In this document: in pieces, positions 1 to 13,737 of the stretch
Position numbering within the stretch: the first letter of the stretch is position 1
How the letters are laid out: each line of letters begins with the position of its first letter
Assembly: GCA_951406725.2 (NCBI GenBank)
Contig: OX597832.1
Coordinates: 45,756,001 to 45,820,000 of the forward strand
Length of the DNA stretch: 64,000 nt
Direction: 5' to 3'
DNA from: Octopus vulgaris
Lineage: Eukaryota
Translations under genes and position numbers: made by a program
Notes under the pieces: model-generated
What the model saw: the letters and a program-made list of their open reading frames with translations, nothing else
The model's database searches: none
What the model was told of the DNA's origin: nothing

Positions 1-130
1 GTATGTGTCTATGTATGTATGTATGTATGTATGTATGTTTGTATGTATGTATGTATGTATGTATGTATGTATGTATGTATGTATGTATGTATGTATCTAT
101 CTATCTATCTATATATCTATCTATCTATTT
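1..130. repeat. (TATG)n/(TATC)n compound microsatellite
   Basis: Tetranucleotide repeats read directly from the sequence. Confidence 0.95.
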
Positions 131-134
131 ATGT

Positions 135-681
135 CATTATTCAGTTTTATTTCAAGATTTCTTGCCTATAAAGAAAGACTCTGTTTCTAACCAAGATCTA
201 ATGCACCATTATTGGAATTTAGACATCAACAGTGTATTTATATTTGTATGTATACGTGCGGGGTTGTTTGTTTCGTTTTATGTATGTATTTCCATACATA
301 TACTTGCATAACCAGACAAGGTCAAATATACGTAACTGACAAACTTCTGGAAAGTTTTACCGATATTTACAGTTCCAGTGATGACTTAAATCTGTAGTCT
401 TCGAATTAGCTTTCTCCCTTCTGGTTGTGAAAAGCCCAATTTCTCAAGACTGATATTCAGGCAATGTGTTACATATCCCACTGCCCCATTAATTACAGGT
501 ATAACCCTAAACTTATAATCTGGATAGAGTAACGGCAGCTTTCTCAATAATTCACCGTAGGTATTCTATTTTCCGCTGATTTTTAGCTTTATGTTAACAT
601 CCGCTGGGCAGCTGATTTCTACAACTGTACACAGTTTCTCTTCTCTATTCCAAATCATTATATCATGTATATTGTGTTTAC

Positions 682-685
<4 letters not shown>
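135..685 (-). mobile_element. 5'-truncated R4/Dong-like non-LTR retrotransposon: restriction-like endonuclease (RLE) C-terminus and 3' UTR, pseudogenised
   Basis: Manual minus-strand translation: CKHNIHDIMIWNREEKLCTVVEISCPADVNIKLKISGK*NTYGELLRKLPLLYPDYKFRVIPVINGAVGYVTHCLNISLEKLGF...IRRLQI*VITGTV. This resembles the RLE pattern HNRPDI...IEVSCP.D...KY..L...IPIIIGALG. Two in-frame stops; microsatellites on both sides. Confidence 0.8.
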
Positions 686-734
<49 letters not shown>

Positions 735-736
<2 letters not shown>

Positions 737-930
737 ATAGGGGGAGAATTCACAAAAAAGCAAAAGACGAAGACAGGTAGCATAGAAAAAAACAGATGTA
801 TTAGTATAAAGGTCGGGAAGTGAAAAAGTCTTTAACGTTTCGAACCTACGCTCCTTCACAGAAAGGAACACAGAAAGAAACAAGGAGAGAAAATAAACAA
901 TGTGCAGTGTCTATCGATCTATCATGGCGA
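735..930 (-). mobile_element. Short non-coding repeat family X, microsatellite-embedded, with degenerate minimal hammerhead at 830-865
   Basis: Homologous to 44962-45167 and 59842-60023, with partial copies at 13163-13245, 13770-13830 and 14693-14770. (TA)n on both sides. Confidence 0.7.
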
Positions 931-949
931 CTATATATATATACATAAA

Positions 950-1046
<97 letters not shown>

Positions 1047-1193
1047 CTGTGTGTGTGTGTGTGTGTGTGTTTGTGTGTGTGTATGTATGTATTTTGGTAT
1101 TGTTATCGAGGGCAATACAAATAGTTGATAATAGCAACCTTAATATCGGTGGTTGCAAGCCTAAAATACCATTATATAGCTATAGAATAAAAA

Positions 1194-1466
1194 TTATATC
1201 AATCATAGGGGCACACGAATGCGCCTGCTTGCTAGATATAAAAGTTAAAATCCTCGTTTAAACCACCCAAAATAACACTGAAAATAACAACAGAATCAAC
1301 AGTAAGAAATATAGAGCATTATGCTATATAGGGGTATGAAAGAATTTTTGCGATCTGTTCGCCCGAGCACTGTTGATTCTGTTACTATTTTCAGTGTTAC
1401 TTTTGGTGGTTTTAACTCCTATTTCTAGCAGGCAGGCACATTCATGTGCCCTTATGATTGATATAA
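1194..1466. repeat. Imperfect inverted repeat (arms about 1194-1303 and 1369-1466)
   Basis: TTATATCAATCATAGGGGCACACGAATG...CAGAATCAACAGT versus ACTGTTGATTCTG...CATTCATGTGCCCTTATGATTGATATAA. Confidence 0.8.
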
Positions 1467-1574
1467 ATCTGCCTAAGTACAACAACCTTCACTAATGCTA
1501 GTAAGTGTCGCGTTGCATATCATGTAATCTATCCTAATTTTCCTTCTCCCCGCTTCTCGCTCCCTCTTTCTCTC

Positions 1575-1615
<41 letters not shown>

Positions 1616-1831
1616 CGCACACACTCTTGCACTCTTGCACAAACGCACTCAAACACACACGAACGACTCGTAGTTTCCCTCACGTAATTTTGTACACGGT
1701 GACGTATTTTAATCTATCATTATTAATAATTGTGTGAGAGTAACAGTTTTGTAATTAGCCAAAGATTGCTCTCAAGATTACAAGTTTAGAAACAAGATTG
1801 TATTTCATTTTGTTCGTTTTATTTTTACTAT

Positions 1832-1835
1832 ATCA

Positions 1836-1902
<67 letters not shown>

Positions 1903-1907
1903 CACTA

Positions 1908-1986
<79 letters not shown>

Positions 1987-2008
1987 CATCATCATTATTA
2001 TCATCATT
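1832..2008. repeat. (TAT)n/(CAT)n microsatellite
   Basis: Read directly from the sequence. Confidence 0.95.
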
Positions 2009-2799
2009 GCTGTTGTTATCCTTGCTATTTTATTTATTCTTCGTTCCATTTTCTGCCAACTAATTACAAGGTCACATCGTTTGCCGTTTTAATCTCGTAT
2101 CCCAAATTGCATTATTTCTTGTAATAGCGTTAAAACAACAATACTATAATATTAACAAGTGACACGTTTCGCGTACCATTTTCTTTTTCCTTTTTATTTT
2201 CAGCAGTGCGCACATCTTTGAGACCGAGAGTTGATGGATAAACGAACGGATCTTGTGAAGGGGGCATTAGGGAGATCCGTTAACATACTATTATAATTAC
2301 TAATAACATAAGTTGGTTATTAACTGCAGGCAATAAGATAATTAAATTTGACTCGTTTCGGAATATCGTTTCGTTTCGCTTTGCTGTTGTTCTTGTTTAG
2401 TTATATTTTTCCCCTTGGTTGTTGTTTAATTTACATTCAAAATTATCTGAAGGAGGAGCAGTGGAAATTATACGTTGGATGTACGATAAGCATTTGATGT
2501 ATCACATGCACACGCGTGCATACAAATACACGGAAACTGACGCATGCGTAATTACGCGATCTGATTTATACACGTAAACATATATACCCACACTTAAACT
2601 CAAATGCACAAACATACATATATGTGCGTGTGTGTGTATGTGTTTACATATATATACATGTGTATGTGTGTATATGCATATATGTCTATAAATAAATACA
2701 ATACAAATATAAATGCATTTATGTATGTATTTACCTATCTGTCGATCTCTCTTTCTCTTTCTCTCTCTCGATATATATACAATAAACAAATAAATAGAT

Positions 2800-2859
<60 letters not shown>

Positions 2860-2867
<8 letters not shown>

Positions 2868-3268
2868 ATATTTCGGAATGGTCATATTGCCAGTTTAGCC
2901 AATAAAAACACACGCACTATATATTTGGTGTTATTTTGCTTCAGTGATATTTATTTTTTACATTAATCTTAATCTTATTTCGGCCAAAGTTCTTTCGTCA
3001 CACTCCTGTGACCGCATCAGTGGTCCTTTGTTTTCTTCTCACTTACTTGTGTCTCTCCTTACTAACCGTCAGGAGTGTGAAAGAACTTTGGCCGAAATAA
3101 GATTAAGATTAATGTAAAAAATAAATATCACTGAAGCAAAATAACACCAAATATATAGTGCGTGTGTTTTTATTGGCTAAACTGGCAATATGACCATTCC
3201 GAAATATAACAATATCTGTTTCAACACACGACTTCACATAAAAAATCTTGCACAACAAATATTTAAAC
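2860..3268. mobile_element. Inverted-duplication element in (TA)n; arms 2860-3008 and 3070-3215; hammerhead-like motif on the minus strand at 2982-3026
   Basis: Arms of about 147 bp are near-identical apart from a 3-nt indel. Minus strand reads ggacca CTGATGC g gtcaca-ggag-tgtgac GAAA gaac TT tggcc. Confidence 0.75.
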
Positions 3269-3294
3269 GTATATATATATATATATATATATAT

Positions 3295-3489
3295 GCCGGA
3301 GTAAACACATAAATGTGAAACAACGCGGAAAAAAGAGTACTCAAATACCAGGAGTAGAGTAATATGCTTTATTTAAAAGCAGCAGAAATTCAACAAAACC
3401 TGTTACTCGGAGTTTTAGCAAAAACTGTCCGACGAACGGAAACGAGTAACAGGTTTTGTTGAATTTCTGCTGCTTTTAAATAAAGTATA

Positions 3490-3492
<3 letters not shown>
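3295..3492. mobile_element. Inverted-duplication element in (TA)n; arms 3360-3409 and 3443-3492; hammerhead remnant lacking stem II
   Basis: 50-bp arms with one mismatch; ctgt CCGACGA acg GAAAC ga GTA acag at 3425-3452. Confidence 0.7.
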
Positions 3493-3572
<80 letters not shown>

Positions 3573-3574
3573 AT

Positions 3575-3610
<36 letters not shown>

Positions 3611-4682
3611 CACAATTTCCGTTGATTCACCAAAAACGATAAATTCCAGGACTCAATACAAATGTTGAGTGTTCTTTAATATCATGAGCTGGCAAACCGA
3701 AACTGGTTTCTTTTTAATTACCCGTTGTCTGAATATATTTAAAAATACGAAATGAAACGTTGAAGGAATCGCTTATACTAAACATTTTTCGTTTAAAAAC
3801 CTTCGTGAACGACACGTACGGAAACGGCTTTTTCAAGCTGCGCACGGATTCACGAAGTTAAATATTTTTGTTCATAAAAAATCCATGACTCTAAAAGTGT
3901 TTTAGAATAAAAATACTGGAAAAGTGAGTCTAGTTACAAGATGCTTTTGCTTTCAATATTGGCTAGTTACTAACTTCTATCCCAAAATCTTCGTCTTTCA
4001 TTAGGTTTTAGCTTTTTAATTTCTCAAATTGCCCCCTAAACCTCACTTTAACCCATCCTTTTTTTGAACTATCTGCTTAATCTACTTGCACACATTATTG
4101 CCTTTGTATCTTCAACAAAATAAGAAGAATACGATGATAACTTCGTTGAAATTTCATAACAAGTTCTAAAAAAAATTGTTACATACCAATTTCTTTTCGT
4201 GGAGTTCTCTTCTATCTAAAAACACACAAATAGTACAAAATATATATCACTGTTTGAAGAAACCAAAAGATAAAAGCTTGAAAAGCCGGTCAAATTAATA
4301 TCGCTTTCCATCCATCCATCCATCCATCCATCCATCCCGAAATATCAAGAATCGTTCTTATGGCTCAAAATAAAGGATTGTCCTTTTTGGTGGATGGACA
4401 ATGTGAGTCTCAATCCTGTATCCCCATGGGTTGCGGTGTGGGGTTGTGCCTTTTCACCAATTACCACGGGGAATAATGGTCACCTTAACCTTCAAAAATC
4501 TCTTTCATATCTCTTTTAAGGTCCTGTTATTTTTCAATATTTAAAAAAAAATTTCTTTGGTATCCCCCTTATAATCAAATGGGAAATGAAGTCCATAATT
4601 TCACATTGTATCACTTTTTAATCTTCTATAATCATATCTGATATCAGTGCTTCAATAATATGATCAGTATTTGTAGAGAAGC

Positions 4683-4943
4683 CTTGTTGTTGTTGTTCTG
4701 CTTGCTGTTGTTGTTGTTGTTGTTGTTGTTGTTCTTCTTCTTCTTCTTCTTCTTCTTCTCCTCCTCCTCCTCCTCCTCCTCCCTCTCCTACTTCTTCATC
4801 TTCCTTCTTCATCTTCTTCATCTTCTTCATCTTCTTCTTCTTCTTCTTCATTCTTCTCCTTCTTTATCATCTTTATCATCATCATCATCATCTTCTTCTT
4901 CTTCTTCTTCTTCTTCTTCTTCTTCTTCTTCTCCTTCATCTTC
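4683..4943. repeat. Compound trinucleotide microsatellite (GTT/CTT/CCT/CAT)
   Basis: Read directly; explains the poly-Q/E/K/S ORFs. Confidence 0.95.
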
Positions 4944-5844
4944 AATAAATTGGGAATTTGTGCTGCATAATGTTTGTGAGCACCTTATTCATCGTGTTCG
5001 AGTACATCATATAATCGGCCTTCGAGTAATTTCTCTCAGGTCATTTTCCTTTAAAACACATCCACACATATACATAGGTGCACACACACACACACATACA
5101 CACTCATGTATGCATATATATGTATTATATACAGACATACATACATATATACTTAGACATACATACACACACAGATGTATATAGATACATAAACCGTTTG
5201 TGTTATCCGAAGTATGTAAACTTATATACAAAAGCTTGTACGTATGCATCTATAAACGTATACTTGTATGGATATACATAATGTACACCTAGTGGTGTAT
5301 AGATGTATCAAATATCCCTTAAGGTTGTTCTAAAGTATTTTTTGGCTCACATTTCCATCAGAGTTCTAGCACTAGTTGTCATCAAGTTTTCCTGCTAAAT
5401 TCATAAGAATATGCCATTGGCTTCGCCAGACGCGTGACAACATAATAAACTGCATTAACTTAAGGGTATTGCAATAACAGCATCTAGAGAGGCTAAATGG
5501 AATCTTACATATTTGTGTAACTGTTTATGGGGATACATAGATATACATACATACGTACATACAAACATGCACACAAACATACATACATATACATACATAT
5601 ATATATACATACCAACAATAAATATATATAAATATAAAAGTCATATGTTTGCTTATAGCCACGTATGTACACAAACGTGTAAGATCATTTGAAGATATGC
5701 ATTATAGGTATGTTTAGATATGTATGGGAAATACGTGTGTACTATGATAATGATTGCGTGTGTAAAAATGCCGCATATTTTTACATATGATATATATATA
5801 TACATATATATATACACATGTAAAACTATATAAATATATATACA

Positions 5845-5885
<41 letters not shown>

Positions 5886-5962
5886 TATATATAATATGTA
5901 AAACTATATAAATGTATATACAGTGTATATATATATATATATATATACTTATATATACACAG

Positions 5963-6003
<41 letters not shown>

Positions 6004-6035
6004 GTATTACAAAAATATTACCATGCGCATTACAA

Positions 6036-6083
<48 letters not shown>

Positions 6084-6121
6084 TAATATAAATATATATA
6101 TAAATATAAATATAAATATAA

Positions 6122-6187
<66 letters not shown>

Positions 6188-6203
6188 AAATTAATGTATT
6201 ATT

Positions 6204-6265
<62 letters not shown>

Positions 6266-6569
6266 CCCAACTATACAGCTGAACATATGTACACATGCGC
6301 ATGCTTATAAAAAATACAGAACGAAAGATGTTCGCCTTGAGCTATTTGATCTGCTGTAGCGTTATCAGAGCAGTGGTATTTACACGAGCTTTGTAACTCA
6401 CACTTGGCCATTTTATAATGTGCAGCTTATTACTCATAAAGCAATACACTACGATGCTAGAAGTAGCAGTGAAAATCTGACTCCAAAACCACATCATGTA
6501 TTCATACAGCACAGGTGAAAAGATAAATGAACAAATAAACTAGGTAAAAGATAAATGTTAAACGATTTG

Positions 6570-6790
6570 TTAAACCTCTTCTTACCAAACGACTAAGTTA
6601 CAGGGATGTAAACAAACTAATATTGGTTAAGTGGTGGTATGGGGACAAACACACACACAACAAGCTTCTTTCAATTTCTGCTGATAAAAACCACTAATAA
6701 AGCTTTGATCAGGCCGAAGCTATTGTAGAAGACCCTTGCCCAAAGTATCATGCAGTAAGACTGAACCTGGAACCATGTAGTTGAGAATTT
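6570..6790 (-). mobile_element. Degenerate SINE family B
   Basis: Similar to 40667-41146 (GTAGAAGACCCTTGCCCAAAGT...ACTGAACCTGGAACCATG). Confidence 0.6.
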
Positions 6791-6977
6791 AAAAATACTT
6801 TATAACCTTTAAAATATGCAATACATTTTCATGACAAATTGAAGCTTCAACCAAGAACATTTTTTTCACACATGGAAGAGAAAAATACACATATTTACTC
6901 AGATCGCGATTTCTGTCTATGCATAAATATGCTCTGCCTCCTCTGTGATATATATCGACATTAGTTCATAAGGACAA

Positions 6978-7009
<32 letters not shown>

Positions 7010-7468
7010 GAGGATAATATCGATATTTAAGTATCCATATTATCAAGTGGCCAGCATGGGAAAAATACCGTACAAAGGTAACAATTTTTAACAATTAAAA
7101 ATGAGGGTGTCTAAGAGACACCAACATGCCGAAATAGCAGTCGAAACTCTGACTATAAAAACCACGTTAAGTGTTCGTATCGCACCATGAGATAAGACAG
7201 AGGGACAAAATATACAAGCAAAAATTATTGAATAATTCAAGATCCAGGATTTCTGGTTTTGCTTTAAATAAGCTTTACCGTCATCGGTTGAATATATCAA
7301 GAGTACATAAATACAGATATATATATGCAGAACAAACGATATACTTACATATACGAACGTCCATACATAAATACATATGCACGTATGCACGCGGCCGGTT
7401 TTTATAGTCAGAGTTTCGACTGCTATTTCGGCATGTTGGTGTCTCTTAGACACCCTCATTTTTAATTG

Positions 7469-7471
<3 letters not shown>
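7010..7471. mobile_element. Element in (TA)n with perfect 75-bp inverted repeats (7089-7163 and 7397-7471)
   Basis: TAACAATTAAAAATGAGGGTGTC...GACTATAAAAACC and its exact reverse complement; TA tracts on both sides. Confidence 0.8.
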
Positions 7472-7515
<44 letters not shown>

Positions 7516-7938
7516 CAGCATATGAATACTTACATATAACGCACGTATATAAATAACGGTCTTATCCCCTTTATATATAAATATATATTCACTTCGTCAT
7601 TATATTCACTGCGGTGATACTTCTGACCATATAGCACATGGTGTTGGACGGACAAATGAATCAATTGAATATATACATACATATGTGTGTATACGTGCGT
7701 ATATATAAATATTCCTATGAATTTGTCGTAAATTGCGTTAGTAAAATGACATTATCTGTTGATAGTGAAACATTATTTATGATTAATCTATATTTTTGTT
7801 ACTTTTCATTGGCTCTGCTCGCTTACGTTTCTGGTGTTTGCTAAATTTCCTAGAGAACATTTCTTAGTGGTAAAACCATAGCGGATCTACTTCTAGCATT
7901 AGGGTGTCCACATAGTGGTAATCCCTCTCATATGTATG

Positions 7939-7980
<42 letters not shown>

Positions 7981-8244
7981 TATTTGAGGGAATAAAATCC
8001 AAACTTACAAAGAAAACGAATTCAATTTAGAAAAACTAAATCAAATTCCACACAATATAATATATATATATATAAAATATTAGAGAAAAACCACCTTTTA
8101 TCAATTCAAAATGAATAATTAAATTACACCATCTAGAAAATTACATATAATAGAAAAGTTAAAATTAGAATAACAATAAAAAATAAAGATTAAGTAAATT
8201 ACAAAAATAATAATAATAGAATAATAATAATAATATATATAATA

Positions 8245-8337
<93 letters not shown>

Positions 8338-9378
8338 TATATAACATATATACATTACATATATATACATATATACATATATATACATATATACATGACA
8401 CACTTCCCCATAATTTTGGCCTTCTAAACTAACTTACAAGACACCAGTTAGCCCGGAGCTCTTGTCTGAGACACTTGTTCAAGGTGTCAGGCAGTGGAAC
8501 TGAACACGAAATCATGTTGCTTCAATGTGAGATTCTTAGCCATCCAACCACACTTGCGACTAGAGCATAACATTTGCCATAAATTTTAGGTCAATCAATA
8601 ATATTAATAAATTTACCGTTAATATGTACAGTATAGTATTGTGAGAGAGATTTCTTTCATGCAATTTCTCTGTATGCATAGCTAAGCAACATTCTATATC
8701 GGTACCTGAGCATACATTACTCTGAAATTATTCAGGATATTTCACGTCGTTTCGCTGGACCATAATCTGTAATCTTTCGTGACCCCGTGTAAACGTTATT
8801 GACTATTACAATGGTTACTAAATTCCTTCAATACGGTATTTGTCTCGCCTCTGTACGCTCCGAGATTTTACTGCTATCAATATCGTTGAAATAAATGCCA
8901 ACGGTGTGCTGGTTCACATCAATGGAATCTACACTTCATCTACGACAATTGATCTGTTGCCTGAATAAGAAATCACTATTTTCTTTTGACCACACTGCCA
9001 TTATTCAGTCGAAATCATAGGTGGAATGGGTCTTTTCATATAGCTTATATTTCATGGTCTACGTGAATTAGTAACATACCTGACACAACGCATTCAAAAT
9101 GACGGCTAGATATTTCAAGTAATGCCAGAAACCTTTTCAACTTTGAGCAAATAAAGTCTATATATAAACCGTAAGCACCGAAGTAAATATAAAACGTGAA
9201 AGTTTAGACCGAGTTAATATATTTAATTACCTGTAACAATGACGTGATCGAATCCACTGCAAAGGAAATGATAGGAAAATATTACTTCCTGTCGCAGATG
9301 TAATTCAATGTTACTATATGTTAAATCCCTTGTGAAGATTAGAATCGAATAATATTCTGAATAAACATCTATCTGTTA

Positions 9379-9698
<320 letters not shown>

Positions 9699-10320
9699 AA
9701 ATTGTATGTCTGTCTATCTCTGTCTCTCTTTTCCTCTCTCTTTCTCCTTCTTTTTCGCTCTCTTCATCCATCCATCCCTCGACCCTCCCTCAACCCTCCC
9801 TCTCTCTATCTGTCTGTCTGTCCGTCTGTCTGTCCCCTGTCTGTTTGTGTGTCTGTGTGTCTATCTATCTATCTCTCTCTCTCTCTCCCTCTATCTATCT
9901 ATCTAAATAGATAAATAAATAAATAAATAAATAAATAAGTGAATAACAAATGATCTACAGAGAGGCAATTTCTTGTTTCACAGTTTATTTCTGAGTGTAT
10001 CATTTCTAAAGCTGTGGTTCTTTGCTTTTCTATTCTACGTTATGCAGTAGAAAATTTTTCCATGGTTTACACGGCCAACGGAGTGACACTAATAGAGTTA
10101 AACGTTGTAATTTTGTCTTCATGTAGCTTATATTTCACATTTTTCTTTTTTAAGTAACTTATGATTTGCCCAGTGCAAACTGTACGCTTGTTAATGAAAT
10201 ACCAATCAGGAAAAGAAAGGTTGTTCGTCGCACTCTCTACAAACAGTTTCAAAAGAGACAGTGATTAAGCAAATCATTCCATTATACTTAAGAATACTAA
10301 ACAATATTAAAACAGTGGAA

Positions 10321-10552
10321 GGCGGCGAGCTGGCAGAAACGTTAGCACGCCGGGCGAAATGCTATGTGGTATTTCGTCCGCCGCTGCGTTCTGAGTTCAA
10401 ATTCCGCCGAGGTCGAATTTGTCTTTCATCCTTTCAGGGTCGATATATTAAGTACCAGTTACGCACTGGGGTCGATTTAATCGACTTAATCCGTTTGTCT
10501 GTTCCTGTTTGTCCCCTCTATGTTTAGCCCCTTGTGGGAAATAAAGGAATAA
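10321..10552 (+). mobile_element. tRNA-derived SINE family A
   Basis: Pol III-like A box (GAGCTGGCAGAAACGTTAG) and B box (GAGTTCAAATTCC), central CTTTCATCCTTTCAGGGTCGAT..AAGTACCAG. More than 10 homologues in the window. Confidence 0.85.
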
Positions 10553-10554
10553 GA

Positions 10555-10928
10555 ATCGTTACCATATCGGTTAAAATGCTCAGAAGCATTTCGTCCGTTT
10601 GTAAGTTTTGAGTTAAAATTCCGACAAGGCCGACTTTGACTTTCAATCCATTCGGGGCCTATAGTATAAATATATTTTTGTGGAGCTTTGTTGTTGTTGT
10701 TCTGCTTGTTGTTGTTGTTGTCGTTCTTCTTCTTCTTCTTCTTCTTCTTCTTCTTCTTCTTCTTCTTCTTCTTCTTCTTCTTCTTTTTCTTCTTCTTTTT
10801 CTTCTTCTTCTTCTTCTTCTTCTTCTTCTTCTTCTTCTTCTTCTTCGTCTTCTTCGACCTAGGTTCGAGATAATCGGCTTACTGCTTCCCCCAAAATTGC
10901 TAGCTCGGTACCAAAATTTGAAACCAAT
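10555..10928 (+). mobile_element. Degenerate SINE A interrupted by a (GTT)n/(CTT)n microsatellite (10688-10856)
   Basis: Body at 10555-10670; alternative tail CCCCAAAATTGCT...CCAAAATTTGAAACC at 10862-10928. Confidence 0.6.
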
Positions 10929-11953
10929 GTTAAAACAGTGGAGTAATGTTATGATGTCGAAACCGTATCTGTTAGGTTGTTAACGGATCTCGCACGCTCA
11001 CACGCTAAATAAACAGCCGAGAAACAGAAAATTCGAAACTTATCTCACACCAACTCCTGCAACTTAAACGAAAGCAGTGCAGATAACAAAAAAACAAAAA
11101 AACAAAACAATAAGCAAAACTGACGAAATAACAAAAATTAAACAAAGAGTTAACGAACGAATATTATGAGAATACATTGATAGCATTTAATTAAAATTTG
11201 TGTTCAATTCTGATATGAAAACATTTTATATCTTCATGAATACATATATTGAATGAATGTTTTGAAATAATATCTAAAAACTCGGAGAAGAGCAGTTACT
11301 GTCTTCTTATATGAATGGAAACAAGAAAAAAAAATCTGTAAAGTATGTAGAAAAGGATATAGCCGTGAAGGATGACATACATAAACATAAGAAATGTGTA
11401 GATTAGGAATCGATCCATATATAATATAATATATTTCACGTATCCACACGCACACATAAACACTTATACATACAAACATGTACTTACAAACGCACACGCG
11501 CCCTGACGCACGCACACGCAAATACAGACGCCCACAGACAAAGAGGCTGATAGGAATTCACGCACCCAACACATCCTCAAAACATCTTCTTAGAATTCCT
11601 CTACACAAGTAGCTTGCGTATGAATATCTGTACATATACGCATGCATATATACATAAATACACACACACACATACTTAATTACATACATACATGTATATA
11701 TATATATATACATATATATAAATATGCATACATACAAACATACATACACACATATATACATGTATACATACACATTCAGATACACATACAAACACATAAC
11801 TTTATTAGTACATTTAAATGTCTAATCGTGTGAATATACACACACACAAAGATATATATTATACATATATATATATATATCAATGCCTGTATCATTAACA
11901 CTCTTTCTCCCTCTCTCCGCATGCATTTAATTATGTACTTATGTATACATACA

Positions 11954-11989
<36 letters not shown>

Positions 11990-12577
11990 TATATATATGT
12001 TATATGTATATATATATGTATATATACATAAAAAACTATATATATACACTTATGTACATATATATATATACACACACACACACATACATATGTACATACA
12101 TGCACACATATATTCATACACACTTGTAAACACACACACACATACACACACACACAAATATATTTTCATATAAATATGAAACAACAAACCACCGCGAATT
12201 TCTTCAGAGCAACATGGAAGCGCTGCGTTGCAAGACGTAACTCGCAGTAGTCAAATAAACACTCTTTTGTGTGAAGTTACAAAAGCTGAATAACTCAAAC
12301 CGAAAATCTTTTCTTGTCTAATATTTACAGTAACAAATCTTCTTTTCAGTTTGGTATTGATCAAGAGCAGTTAATCGGTGACATGTCAATTTGTTTGTAG
12401 AATATATATATAACATTATAAAATATATACACACATATGTATATGTGCTTGTGTGTGTGTTTGTGTAGTTGTTTTGTATGTCTTTATATGAGATTATATA
12501 TATATATATATACATAATTATTAATTTAGCATCTTTTTATATATATATATGTATATATATGTATGTATGAATGTATG

Positions 12578-12608
<31 letters not shown>

Positions 12609-12657
12609 ATATATATACATATATATATATATGTTTTTATTTATGTATGTATGTATG

Positions 12658-12711
<54 letters not shown>

Positions 12712-13243
12712 GATGATAAATGAGATTGTAAATAAAGATGATAAATGATTTTTACCAAATATGAAGAAAAACACAAAATACTGCATGGAAGAAAACATTC
12801 AGAAAGAATGAAAGAAATTCTAAACATTGCAATTCCAGGGATTTTGTTTTACAGATTTCCATTCCAACACGTTTCCGTGTATGCGCATATGCGTATATAC
12901 GGACGCACTCGCAAACCCAAACTCACACGCATGGCCTCTTTATTTAGCCTCTCTCTCTCTCTCACTTTCTGTCTCATTCTCTCTCCGTGTCTGTCTTTCT
13001 CTCTCGTTCAGTCTAACTCTTACAAAGCCATGCATATATTATATAATTATTTATTTGAAGTCTTACAAAACAGAGGGGCACAATGTAAAATGATGTTAAT
13101 AGATGGTAAGGATATATATATGTGTGTGTGTGTGTGTGTGTTGGTATATATATATATATATAGGGAGTGTTTACGAAAAAACAAAACAAAACATGAAGAC
13201 AGGTGGTGTACAAAACAAACAGATGTATTAGTATAACGGTCAG

Positions 13244-13280
<37 letters not shown>

Positions 13281-13410
13281 TAGATGAGTGTATTTTTCCC
13301 TTGTTAAGATTAACACTGCAAAAAAATAGATAAATAGTTACCAGGGTAGCAAAAAATCACACGTTCGGAAGTAAAATTACTTGAAATATACCTGCGTTAA
13401 ATCCTCCCCC

Positions 13411-13463
<53 letters not shown>

Positions 13464-13560
13464 AGTAGATGAATGAATTATCCTAGCATGGAAAATTCAC
13501 TGTGGTCACCATGTAGGTGATCATCAAAATTTTTTGTTCGTCTTGTGGCGGAGAGAGGCT

Positions 13561-13654
13561 CCTTATCTTTCCTGATGAGAAGATTGCATAATGCACCCTA
13601 TATTCCTTCGGAATTAAAGTATGCTGTCTTCGAAACATGTGTCGAGAGTAAAGG
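13561..13654 (+). ncRNA. Type I hammerhead ribozyme with canonical core and GUC cleavage site, inside a short element (about 13461-13693) flanked by (TA)n
   Basis: CTGATGA 13572-13578; stem II GAAGA/TCTTC extended by GCATA/TATGC; GAAAC 13632-13636; stem III ACA-TG-TGT; GTC 13641-13643; stem I CTTTC/GAGAG plus CCTT/AAGG. Folded by eye. Confidence 0.8.
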
Positions 13655-13690
13655 AATTTTGTTAACACCTTCGTTCGACTCCATTCTTTC

Positions 13691-13737
<47 letters not shown>

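Noticed and set aside
2178-2285. Strong polypyrimidine/CAG acceptor followed by a 9-bp hairpin (AACGGATCT/AGATCCGTT)
   Set aside because: No convincing donor or recognisable peptide, and the hairpin is too short for a pre-miRNA. A non-coding exon cannot be excluded without RNA-seq.
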